A DNA stretch of 64,000 nucleotides. It comes from an uncultured delta proteobacterium. Lineage in GTDB: Bacteria; Myxococcota_A; UBA9160; UBA4427. A program made the position numbers and the translations under genes. The notes beneath the pieces were generated by a model. The model ran no database searches. It worked only from the letters and a program-made list of their open reading frames with translations, and was not told the origin of the DNA. Positions 40,470-49,954 of this stretch are shown piece by piece. The number at the start of each line of letters is the position of its first letter. Within the stretch, counting starts at the first letter, position 1. The DNA lies in contig CAWGJT010000005.1 of assembly GCA_963822965.1 (NCBI GenBank), forward strand, positions 1,280,001 through 1,344,000, given 5' to 3'.

Positions 40470-41096
40470 TCAGGCGCCGCCGTGCATCACGTCGGGCAGC
40501 TGCACGGGTCCCTGGAAGCTCCGCATTCCGGGGGACATCCAGAACCACGCGGTGGTCGGCGCAGGGAGATCGACGATCCAAGGCTGCACGGTGTGAATCG
40601 TGAGCAGCTGCCCGCCTGCGGGCAGCACCAGCTCCGAATCACGCGCGTCATGCCCCACCAGCTCGACGAAGTGCTCGCCCGCGACTTCGAGCACGCGCAC
40701 GTCCCTGTTGCCGCAGAAGGCCAGGACGTGGTGCTTGTCCACGCACATCTTCAGTGGGCCACCGGGCGAGGCGGGCGGCTCGACGCGCTGAGGCCGCGCC
40801 ACGCACAGGAACTCGACGCCGCCGATATCCCGGAACTTCACGGGCATGCCGCCTGCGTCGCCGGGTGAGCGGCGAAACGCCGCGGCGTCCATGCTGGCCT
40901 CGCCGATCCCGACCTTCGTGCAGGGCGGGGCGACATCGAGCGCTTCGAACTCGCGCCGCGTCATCGGGGACGTGCTCATCCACACCGTCGCGTCGCTGCG
41001 ATCGTTGACTTCCACGAAGGTCTCGCGGCCCCCGCGCACGTGGAAGGCCGTGGGAGCGTGGCGCCGCATCAGCTCGCCGAGTTCGGGGTCGTTCAT
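40470..41096 (-). CDS. Hypothetical protein
   Basis: 208-aa ORF with GGAG RBS, directly downstream of the large secreted-protein gene. Confidence 0.65.
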   Translation of the reverse strand: MNDPELGELMRRHAPTAFHVRGGRETFVEVNDRSDATVWMSTSPMTRREFEALDVAPPCTKVGIGEASMDAAAFRRSPGDAGGMPVKFRDIGGVEFLCVARPQRVEPPASPGGPLKMCVDKHHVLAFCGNRDVRVLEVAGEHFVELVGHDARDSELVLPAGGQLLTIHTVQPWIVDLPAPTTAWFWMSPGMRSFQGPVQLPDVMHGGA

Positions 41097-41171
41097 CCGT
41101 CTCCCATTCCTTCCTTGGCCAGTCGAGGTAACCGAGCCTGCAACGCCGCCAGGGTCGCCACGAGATGCGAG

Positions 41172-44100
41172 TCAGGGCACGCCGTTGGGATCGAACACGC
41201 CGTCGCCATCGACGTCGATGAAGACGGGGTTCGTGAAGCCGATCGCATGGGTGAACGTCGGGTCGGGCAGCACCACGTTCGTGTACCCGTCGTACGCGGC
41301 CACGGTCCCGCGCGCACTGGCGCTGAGCCAGTAGTCACCGAGACTGCCCGGCGGAAGCGGCAGCGTGAAGACCTGCCTCAGCCGCACCACGTCCGCGAGA
41401 TCGGTGGAGTAGGGTGTGGAGTCGGGGCGGTACACGATCGGCAACAGCCAGGGTGTGGCGTCGAAGACGCTCCCACCCAGCCCCGTCAGCGGTGCGGCCA
41501 CCGACTCGTACCCGTTGATCCGGATCCATGCCTGCTGCGTAGGCACCCAGGGCGCCGCCAGCACGGTGAGGCGCACGTCGACCGAGCCGTCCCCATCGTC
41601 CGCCACCAGGTCGCCGGGCTGCCCTTCGAACACTCCGTCCTCGTCGGCATCCACCTCGACGTAGACGACGGGACCAGAGCTCGCGATCACCTCCATGGCA
41701 TCGGGCCCGGCCCCCGGGCGCCGCGTCGCCGGCTGGTTCGTGGCCGGCGAGGCCTGGACGAAGCTCGGCAGCAGCGTCTGGTTGAAGGCAGCCAGGTCCA
41801 GACTCGCGAGATCGGCGCTGGCATCACCCGGCGCGAACACGAAAGTGCGCGGGAAGCCCGCGGCGGGGACGAGATCGTTCGTTCCGGGGCTCGCGGTGGC
41901 GGTGCGCACCTGACCCGACGAGACGAGCGCGGCGAAGTCGAGCCGATTGATGTCGTAGATGGCGGTCAGACGACCGGAATCGAGCTCGATCAGGTCGAAG
42001 TCCAGATTCGTGGTGCCGGCAAGGGTGCGGGGCGTCTGGAGGAGGGTGAAGGCGCCGCTGCTCGTGTCGAGCGGCGTGGGGTAGCCGCCGGAGGCCAGCG
42101 ACGCGGTGCCGGTGTTCGGCTGCGGGAACGTATCGTTGCCGTTGGTGAAGAAGCCGGCACCGAAGGGAGGCAGCGGTGGCGGGAGGACCGGATAGCGGGG
42201 GGTGTGGAGGGCGATGACGGCCGCGCCTGCCGCGCGGAGCTGGTCGAACAGGTCCGCCGGCTCGCGGTACTCGTCGGGCGGAGCGCCGCGGCGAGGTGCG
42301 TCGGGGTCGAAGGTGAGTGGCCAGGCGCCGAAGCTGCCGATCGTGTTCGGGGAGTTCAAAACGCCCGGCACGACGATCGGTACGCGGCCCTCGGTCGACA
42401 GGCCGGTCATCTCTGTGAGCAGTGATGCCACGCCGACGGCGGGATGGGCGGCGTCCAGTGCGGCGACGGCCGGCCCCAGATCGGCCAGGCGGTCCGGGTC
42501 GGCGGCGACCAGCACCTCGACGCCGCTGGCCAGGTGAGCGATCACCCGATCCTCGGCCGGCACCGGCGACCCGGAGGAGCCTTCGGACTGGACACGCAGA
42601 TCGGCGGAAACCAGCCGGCGCAGCGGGCTCTCGAACCCGGCGGTCGCCCTGAAGTTCGCACTCAAGTCCACACTGGAGCTAAGTGGGGGAAAAGCGAGTC
42701 CCGTGGCGTTGGTCGCTCGCCCCTCACCCTGCGTGACGTGAGCATCGACGACGACGTTCTCCCCCGCTCCGAGCTTGGAGTCGGTGAATGCGGGCCAGTA
42801 GGCGCCGATCACGTAGGTCGTACCGGGGGCCAGCGCCACGGGCGGCGTGGTGACCCATCGAAACATGCCTTGGAGCGGGGCCTCCGTCCCTACCGGAACG
42901 GTGACCGACGTCAGCAGCGTCCCATCATCGATCCAGAGACCGACGTCATGCGCGACCAGGAGGCCGTCTTCACCGGAGTCCCAGAATCCCAGCTGCTCCA
43001 CCACGAGTGGGGCCGTCACGCTGAAGGTCCAGCCCCGCGTCGTGTTCACGGACCATCCCAGGTTCGAGTAGGTGTCATCCTGGTCGAAGGCCGCGAACGG
43101 GTCCCCCACGGTCGCAGGATCCGGCAGAGCTGCCGAATCCAGCAGCCGCTCGAGCGAGAACGCCGCGCTCACCACCTGCCCCGCCGACACCAGCACGAAG
43201 TCGAGCGGCTCGCCGGGAGCCGGGAAGCGATCGAGGCTGTACTCGAGACCGCGCGAGACGAAGACGCGATACGCGCCCGGCGGCACGTAGACGCTGCCGG
43301 TGCCATCGGCCAGGTGCACCACGTTCGCCTGGCCCGACGCCCGCGGCAGGTCGCCGAAGTCGGGGTCGGGGGTCGCCGGAGCGGGGCCGAGCCCATCGGG
43401 GTCGGCACCCCGGATCACCACGCGCGCGGGCAGCGGACCGCCCACTCCGTCGGTCACCACGAGGTCGAGCCGCGCGAAGATCGCGTCCCGGACGAGATCG
43501 AAGTCGGCCACGGCACCGCCGCCGGCGCTCACCTCGACGATCTGAGCCACCGGATCGATCCCGGGCGAGTCGACCTCGACGAGGTAGCTCGAGGTCGAGA
43601 TGCCCCCTTCCAGGCCGGGCGGCACCAGCAGCTCGTCGGGTCCACTGCCCACCAACCCGGGGAAGCCGCTGGGGACGACCAGCTGGTACGCACCGCTCAC
43701 CGGGTCGGGCGTCGCGAAGGCGATCGGCGGCGCATCGATCCCGTAGAGGATCGAGGGGTAGAAGCCCGCCTGCCCCGTCACGCCTGCCGGGGCGCCGGGG
43801 TCGTAGATCAACGCCGGGCTCAGCTGGTAGGCCGTCACCCGCGTTCGCTCGGAGGCGTCGAAGACGCTCCCCGAGATCATGGCCGTCGCGCCGTAGGGAT
43901 TGGGGACGGTGGTGCCGCCGGGTGTGAGCCGATCGGTCGCGGCCGCGAGCCGGCGCACGGCCTCGTCGACCGCGCCGGCGTCGTTTGCCTCCCCCACCGC
44001 AATGGCGCGTCGCCAGACGAACGACTCCCCCGGTGAGAGCGCGTCGCGCTCGCGCAGCTGCCGCTGGATCGACACTGTGCTGCCTTCGGCGGTGTGCCAC

Positions 44101-45419
44101 AGCTGCCCGGCCTCCACGTCGACCACGGCGTAGCTCGCGCCGGGCTCGCCGCGCCCAACCAGCGCGGCGAAGGGCATGGGGAGCGGATCGACGAGACCCT
44201 GGGCGACGCTCCCGGAGAGGGCGCTCCAGGGCGACAGGTTCGCGACGTCGAGGCCGCCGACCACGATCACGTCGCTCACGGCATCGAGGTAGGCGATGCC
44301 CCCGTCCGACGGGTTGGTGACCCGTGTCTCCACCTCCAGCGCGCGGCTGCCCGCGCGCAGCGTGTAGGTGGTCTCCACCTCGATCGGCGAGCCACCGGAG
44401 TTCAGGCGTCCCGTCGCCGGATCGGATACGACACCTGTGGGCAGATCGGCCGGGGACCGGGCCAGGATCGCGCCGGAGACCCGAAGGCGCACCGTGTCCC
44501 CCGAGTGCGACGAGACCGGCAGACCCTGGTCGTCCAGGAACTCGGCCGTGTCGTAGACCACCACGTTCGCCAGGTCGGAGGTGGTGCGCCGGATCACGTA
44601 GACCGAGCCCGCCGCGTCGTCGACGTAGGAGACCCCCGGCGGCACGAACAGCCCGATTGTGTTGGGGTCGGCGACGACGGCGATCGTCAGCTCCACACCG
44701 GCGTTGGCGCCCGTGGTGATGAGCAGTGAATCTCCCGGTTGCACCCCGTCCGTGATGAAGTCGGCGCTGCTGTCGACCAAGGCACCAACAAAGGCGTAGG
44801 CGACTCCGGCGAGGCCGCTCGCGATGGTGTCGCGCCCCACGACGGCCTGGGTCATGCCGAGGAACTGGTCGTTGCCGGTGTCCGTCGAGGCCAGATCGAC
44901 CAGGTTGCCACCGGTGGGGGCCCATACGTTGGCGAGGGGAAACGCGCCGCCCAGGCTGCTCGCGTCGATCCCCGTTGCATCGATCGCAGCGCGGATGCGT
45001 CCGTTGGACAGCACGTAGTCGCCGATGCCGCCGATGGCGTCGGGTCCGTCGGGCAGCACGCTCGGATCGTTGGGCTCGACTTGCGTGCTGCTGGCATCCT
45101 GACACACCGAGGCGGCGGCCGCGCTGCACACCTGCTGGATGCCCGGCGCCTGGCTGGCCAGGTCGCGGGCGATCACCACCGCATCCAGCAGTCCGCAGCC
45201 TCCGCCGCTGGCCACCTGGCACTTCTCGGGCGCGGTCACGTCGGCGATCAGTCCCGCCAGCTTCTGGCGCAGCTCCTGCACGTCGTCGTCGTCGATCGCG
45301 CCGTTGGCGTCGGCGTCGCCGCAGGCGCAGCTCGGGTCGACCAAGGGCGCCGCCACGACATCGCCGGCGCCCAGGACGAACGCGGACACCAGGAGCGTGC
45401 ATGCGAGAAGGCGCCTCAC
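41172..45419 (-). CDS. Large secreted protein: dockerin-like N-terminus, degenerate CehA/McbA-like PHP domain and an inserted beta-sandwich
   Basis: Signal peptide; GDADANG; VSRGLEYS; C-terminal FTNPVFIDVDGDG; metal-ligand His positions appear substituted. Confidence 0.75.
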   Translation of the reverse strand: MRRLLACTLLVSAFVLGAGDVVAAPLVDPSCACGDADANGAIDDDDVQELRQKLAGLIADVTAPEKCQVASGGGCGLLDAVVIARDLASQAPGIQQVCSAAAASVCQDASSTQVEPNDPSVLPDGPDAIGGIGDYVLSNGRIRAAIDATGIDASSLGGAFPLANVWAPTGGNLVDLASTDTGNDQFLGMTQAVVGRDTIASGLAGVAYAFVGALVDSSADFITDGVQPGDSLLITTGANAGVELTIAVVADPNTIGLFVPPGVSYVDDAAGSVYVIRRTTSDLANVVVYDTAEFLDDQGLPVSSHSGDTVRLRVSGAILARSPADLPTGVVSDPATGRLNSGGSPIEVETTYTLRAGSRALEVETRVTNPSDGGIAYLDAVSDVIVVGGLDVANLSPWSALSGSVAQGLVDPLPMPFAALVGRGEPGASYAVVDVEAGQLWHTAEGSTVSIQRQLRERDALSPGESFVWRRAIAVGEANDAGAVDEAVRRLAAATDRLTPGGTTVPNPYGATAMISGSVFDASERTRVTAYQLSPALIYDPGAPAGVTGQAGFYPSILYGIDAPPIAFATPDPVSGAYQLVVPSGFPGLVGSGPDELLVPPGLEGGISTSSYLVEVDSPGIDPVAQIVEVSAGGGAVADFDLVRDAIFARLDLVVTDGVGGPLPARVVIRGADPDGLGPAPATPDPDFGDLPRASGQANVVHLADGTGSVYVPPGAYRVFVSRGLEYSLDRFPAPGEPLDFVLVSAGQVVSAAFSLERLLDSAALPDPATVGDPFAAFDQDDTYSNLGWSVNTTRGWTFSVTAPLVVEQLGFWDSGEDGLLVAHDVGLWIDDGTLLTSVTVPVGTEAPLQGMFRWVTTPPVALAPGTTYVIGAYWPAFTDSKLGAGENVVVDAHVTQGEGRATNATGLAFPPLSSSVDLSANFRATAGFESPLRRLVSADLRVQSEGSSGSPVPAEDRVIAHLASGVEVLVAADPDRLADLGPAVAALDAAHPAVGVASLLTEMTGLSTEGRVPIVVPGVLNSPNTIGSFGAWPLTFDPDAPRRGAPPDEYREPADLFDQLRAAGAAVIALHTPRYPVLPPPLPPFGAGFFTNGNDTFPQPNTGTASLASGGYPTPLDTSSGAFTLLQTPRTLAGTTNLDFDLIELDSGRLTAIYDINRLDFAALVSSGQVRTATASPGTNDLVPAAGFPRTFVFAPGDASADLASLDLAAFNQTLLPSFVQASPATNQPATRRPGAGPDAMEVIASSGPVVYVEVDADEDGVFEGQPGDLVADDGDGSVDVRLTVLAAPWVPTQQAWIRINGYESVAAPLTGLGGSVFDATPWLLPIVYRPDSTPYSTDLADVVRLRQVFTLPLPPGSLGDYWLSASARGTVAAYDGYTNVVLPDPTFTHAIGFTNPVFIDVDGDGVFDPNGVP

Positions 45420-45994
45420 GATCCGCCTCCGTCTCGTGCACGACGCCTCGCCAGCAGCAGCAGCAGACCGGCGCCCCAACCCAGGAGCGCACCGCCCGCT
45501 GGCTCGGGCAGCGTCACCAGCGTGGTCGGCGTCAGGCTCTGCGATCCGAGTGCCGCATCGATGCTCTCGCCCGACGTGAGATCCAACGTGCCGCCCTCGG
45601 TGCCGTTCACGACCAGGTCGCCGATCTTGACCGCGCCCAGTTCACCGGTGATGGGATCCAGCCGGTTGCATCGCAGCACGTCGCCGCTCAAGTTGGAGAG
45701 CACACCACTCGCCGCCGTGAAGCTCTGCAGCGTGAGCCCGCCTTGACCACCGACCGTCAGGTTCCAGGCGCAGACTTCGTCACCGGTGCCCTGAGAGCAG
45801 GGATCCGCTGGCGACGCCGTCGCACCGCCATCGATGTACAGGTGGATCGTCGTCGGTGCGAGGGACGGAACCTCGACGGGGCCGCCGGGGTTCACGCCGT
45901 CGTCCGCCGGGCTGTGGTAGACGACCGGCGGCGCTGCGCTCACCGGGAGCGCGAGCAGGAACAGGACCGAAATCAAGACGCCGAACAGCCGCAT
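45416..45994 (-). CDS. PEP-CTERM (LPEP) surface protein
   Basis: Signal peptide; TLPEPAGGALLGWGAGLLLLLARRRAR; GTGA overlap with the downstream gene. Confidence 0.82.
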   Translation of the reverse strand: MRLFGVLISVLFLLALPVSAAPPVVYHSPADDGVNPGGPVEVPSLAPTTIHLYIDGGATASPADPCSQGTGDEVCAWNLTVGGQGGLTLQSFTAASGVLSNLSGDVLRCNRLDPITGELGAVKIGDLVVNGTEGGTLDLTSGESIDAALGSQSLTPTTLVTLPEPAGGALLGWGAGLLLLLARRRARDGGGS

Positions 45995-46246
45995 GACAGC
46001 ACCCCGCAATGGTTGCGTCCACAACCACTATAACCGCATGCGGCCCGCACGCGTCAGCGCAGATGTGCATGGCGAGGCCCCCGATCGGCCCTCGATGCGG
46101 GGCAGGGCGGATCGAGTGGCGATCCGACACACCAGCCCATCGGCAACGCCCGGCGCCAGTGCCGCGGGACAACCGCGGGACAAACGTTTAGGAATCAGAC
46201 TTTCTGGTCTTCGGGGACTTCCGCCGCCTGAAGCCGAGTTCGATTC

Positions 46247-46310
46247 GAGGATAGGCCGAAAAAGCCCGGTTTCGGCGTGACGTCCGCGTAGTGGTGTTGG
46301 GGCGAGCCCC
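46247..46310 (+). repeat. Dispersed element copy F, abutting IS481
   Basis: GAGGATAGGCCGAAAAAGCCCGGTTTCGGCGTGACGTCCGCGTAGTGGTGTTGGGGCGAGCCCC. Confidence 0.85.
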
Positions 46311-47461
46311 GGTACGGTCCGGGGACATCCAGTACAGAAGTCCGGGCACATCCTTTACACATTCTCGCTTCCCGTGATCTTACCGGTTTGCAGGTCGATT
46401 CGTCCGAGCACGGTGTTGTAGTAGACGATGTTCCAGACGTCATCACCCACCTCTTCGAGTCCGATGTCCTCGCCCTCGAGCGCGTTACTGAGGAAGTACT
46501 GGCCGGAGAGTCGGAAGGTCCCGCATGTGCTCACCCTCCGAACCTCGAAGTGGCCCGGGTACTCGGGCTGCGAGAAGCGGCTTGGATAGGGTCTCGTCGA
46601 GGGCTGCCAGCGCTCGGCTGGAAAGTCGCCCTGGAGTGCTTCATGCGGGCGCTCGTGGTTGTAGCGCTGCTGGAATCGATTCAGCTTCCGCTGCTGCGCG
46701 ACGAGGTTTGCGGCGGGTGGACTGGCTGCCTCTCGCTTCATGTCTTTGTGCATGCGCTCGTGTTGACCGTTCTCCTGGGGGCTCGAAGGGCGGATCCGTT
46801 GAGCCCGTACTTACGAAACAGAGCCCGGAACGCCGGCTTCGCGCCTTCCGTGCGAACCGACGGAAGCGCCTTGCAGAGCAAAAGCATCCGACTGTAGTGA
46901 TCGGTCACGGTCAGCGGGTAGCAGTACTTCTTGTCGCCGGTCTTGAACTGGCCCTTGAAGTCCGCAGGCCAGATCTCGTTGGGGCCCGCTGTCTCCAAAC
47001 GCACCGCGCCGGGATGTTTCCAGGATTGCCTGCGCCGGTTCTTTCGAAGATGGCCGTGTCGATCCAGGATCTCGTTGACCGTACTTCGGGCCGGAAGGCT
47101 TCGACCCGGATGCCGTCTCTTCAGGATCTCGCGCAGCTTGGTGGCTCCCCAGCCGTACTTCTCCCGAAGCACGAGGATCTCGCGTTCGACGTGTTCGGGT
47201 GTTCGGTTCGGATGGCGATTGGGGGCCCGAGAGCGGTCGTCGACCGCCTTCAGGCCCTCGGCCTCGATCCGTTCGACCCACTTGTAGCCGGTGGGTCGAG
47301 AGATCTGATATCGGTCACACAGCTCGCTCATCGACCACTGACCGCTCGCGTAGTCGCGATAGAAATGCGGACGCTGCTTCTTCGGCTCGGTGTCCATCCA
47401 GGGCATCCTTTCGTGTAAAGGATGTGCCCGGACTTTTGTAAACCATCGCCCCGACCGTTCA
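46311..47461 (-). mobile_element. IS481-family element with an internally deleted transposase (46355-47406)
   Basis: ~50-bp imperfect terminal IRs sharing AAGTCCGGGCACATCCTTTACAC; ISRPTGYKW HTH, WPADFKG and YNHERPHEAL; the DNG segment is missing. Confidence 0.9.
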
Positions 47462-47480
47462 ACCCGGGGGTGCCCGGGCT

Positions 47481-49923
47481 CTAAAGGATGGGCTGAGGGC
47501 TCTCGCCGGCGACCAGGGCGGGCAGGGCGAAGACGGTGAGGAGGTAGACGAGGACGATCGCCGCGCCCATCGTGAGGCCGAAGGTCGTCGACATCGGGAG
47601 CAGCAGCACCGTCGACGCCGCGAAGCCCGCGGCCGTCGTCAGCATGCCGGCCAGCATGTGCGGCCCCATGGTCTCGAGCGCCTTTCCCGCGGCCTCGTCC
47701 GGTGCGAGGCCCCGGGCAAGGCGCTCCTCGTCGTAGCGCTCGATCCAGTGGATCGGGTAGTCGATGCCGATGCCGACGAGGATTGCGCTGATCCCGAGGT
47801 TCAGCGGGTTCAGGGACACGCCGAACACGGGCATGAAGCCCAGCACGATCGCGACCGCGACGACGACCGGCGTCACCGCCAGCGTGGCGCGACCGACGCG
47901 CCGCCAGGCGATCACCAGCACCAGCCAATTGGCCGCGAGGCTCAGGAAGAACGAGCGCACCAGCGTGTCGGCGTAGTAGACCGACTCGAGTGGGTAGACG
48001 ATGTCTCCGCCGCCGACGCGCACCTCGACCCCCGCGATCCGGTCGAGGTGCAGCTCGGCGAGCGCCTGCTCGATCGCCGCGACGGCGGCCAGCGAGCGCG
48101 AGCCCGCCTCGCCGTCGACGAAGAAGCGCATCAGCAGGCCGTCGTAGCCCGCCGGCCCGCGGTGCACGACGTAGTCGAAGGCCTCCCGGAAGCTCGTGTC
48201 CGTCGCCCAGTCGGCCGTGCGCTCGCTGTCGCGCACGCGATCGAGGGCTCGCTGTGCGTCCATTCCGGGCGTCACGCGCAGGCCGCGCTTCTCGATCAGC
48301 CCCACGACGGAGTCGACGTTGGCGCGGCCGAGCACCTTCTCGATCTCCGGACAATCGTCGAGGCGCCGCTCGAGCTGCTGCATCTTCACGAGCAGCTCCG
48401 CCTGGGCGACGTTGCCGCGAGAAGTGGACGTAGCCCACCCGGAAGTCTCCGAAGTAGCGCTGCATCGCCTCGTTGGCCTGCCAGGACGGCATGTCGGGTC
48501 GCAGCAGGTCACGTCGGGCCATCTCGCTGTCGAGCCGGGTGGCGGACAGCAGCGCGATCACCAGCACCGCGGCCCCGAGCCCCAGCACCGGGCGCCGCCC
48601 CGCGTGCACCACGCGTAGGGAGAGCCGGGCCTGCAGGGTGTGGAGTGGGTGCGGCCCGCGAGCGTGCCTGGCGGCCTCGCCCGCGTCGGCCAACGAGGGC
48701 CCGTGGCGCCGCGCCAGCTCGGCGCGCAGCGCGCCCTCCAGCAGCAGGGTGACCCCAGCACGATGCCCATCGACGCGGCGACCAGCAGGAAGAAGCTCGC
48801 GAATACGTCGGCCAGGGCCGTGAGACCCGTCGCCAGGAATGCCACCAACGTGGTGAAGGTCGTCAGGAAGACGGCGTCTCCCGCAGCCCGCGAAGGTGGC
48901 GCGGAGGATCTCCTCGAAGCTGCGGCCGGGACGGGTCTCCTCCCGGAAGCGGCGTCCGAAGACCAGGGTGTCGTCGATCCCGGTACCGAGCAGGATCGGG
49001 AAGACCAGCAGGTGCAGGAAGGACAGCTCGGTGCCGAGCCAGGCCGCCAGGCCGAAGGTCCAGATCGCGCTCACGGACAGGATCGCGAACACGATGGCGA
49101 CCTCGCTGGCGCGGCGGAAGAGGGCCGCCACGCACAGCACGTCCACCAGGAAGAGGGTCAGTCCCAGCAGCACGGCGCTGCTGCGGGTGTCTCGGTCGAT
49201 GTCGTAGGCGACCAGGTCGTCGTTCAGCACGTGGAGCCTCAGCTCGGGGGTCTCGAGGGCCACGATGTCGTCCCGGATGGCGGCCAGTGCGTCCCGGCGC
49301 TCGGCTCGCGACCCTTCGAGCTCGGCGCGCACCAGGGCCCGGATCGCCTCGACGGACGGGATGGCATAGTGGCTCTCGGGCGCACCCGGCGCGGTCAGCA
49401 TGCCGGCCGCCTGCGCGATCCGCAGTCGCGCGTAGAGCTCGATCGCCTCGGGCTCGGACAGGAAGTGGGCGCTGACCTTCATCAGGTCGCGCACGGTGCG
49501 GCCGCCCGCCAGGCCCAGGATGGCCTCGGCGATGGTCGAGTAGTCGTCCACCTCGAACAGGCTCTTCCGCTTCACCCGCTGCAGGCCGCGATCGATGCCC
49601 TCGACCAGGCTGAAGCTGGTGACCGGGTGGCGTGCCCGGATCGTCCGCAGGATGCGCAGCTGCTGGTGCAGAAGCTCCGGCTCGAGCAGGCTGCGCGAGC
49701 CGCGCGACTCGAAGATGACCGTCAGGTACGCGCCTTCGGCGAAGTCGTCCTCGACGGACTCGACCAGTGCGCGCGCCTCCGGGCGCACGAAGCTCCGGAA
49801 GCTCGTGTCGATGCGGATCCCCGCCAGCTCGAAGGCGAAGAAGGCCGTCACGACTGCGACCGCGGCGAGCACCGCTCGCGGGTGGCGCGCCGTCAGGAGG
49901 CCGATCCGCTCCGCGGACGTCAC
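47481..49923 (-). CDS. MMPL/RND-family transporter (frameshifted at ~48400-48900)
   Basis: Two TM bundles with GTGIDD and GIGIDY motifs. Confidence 0.8.
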
Positions 49924-49954
49924 CAGTGGGCTCGGTCAGTCTCGCTCGCGGGCG

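Noticed and set aside
46225..46246. GAGTTCGATTC as a second tRNA/tmRNA att fragment
   Set aside because: Only a T-loop-like 11-mer cut by copy F; too short to support.
5651..46310. Dispersed element as a CRISPR array or integron attC sites
   Set aside because: Copies are kilobases apart and in both orientations, with no RYYYAAC/GTTRRRY ends and no cas or intI gene; flanks are gene fragments, not cassettes.
46738..49923. 1061-aa MMPL-transposase fusion ORF
   Set aside because: Produced by frameshifts in the MMPL gene reading through into IS481; not a real fusion.
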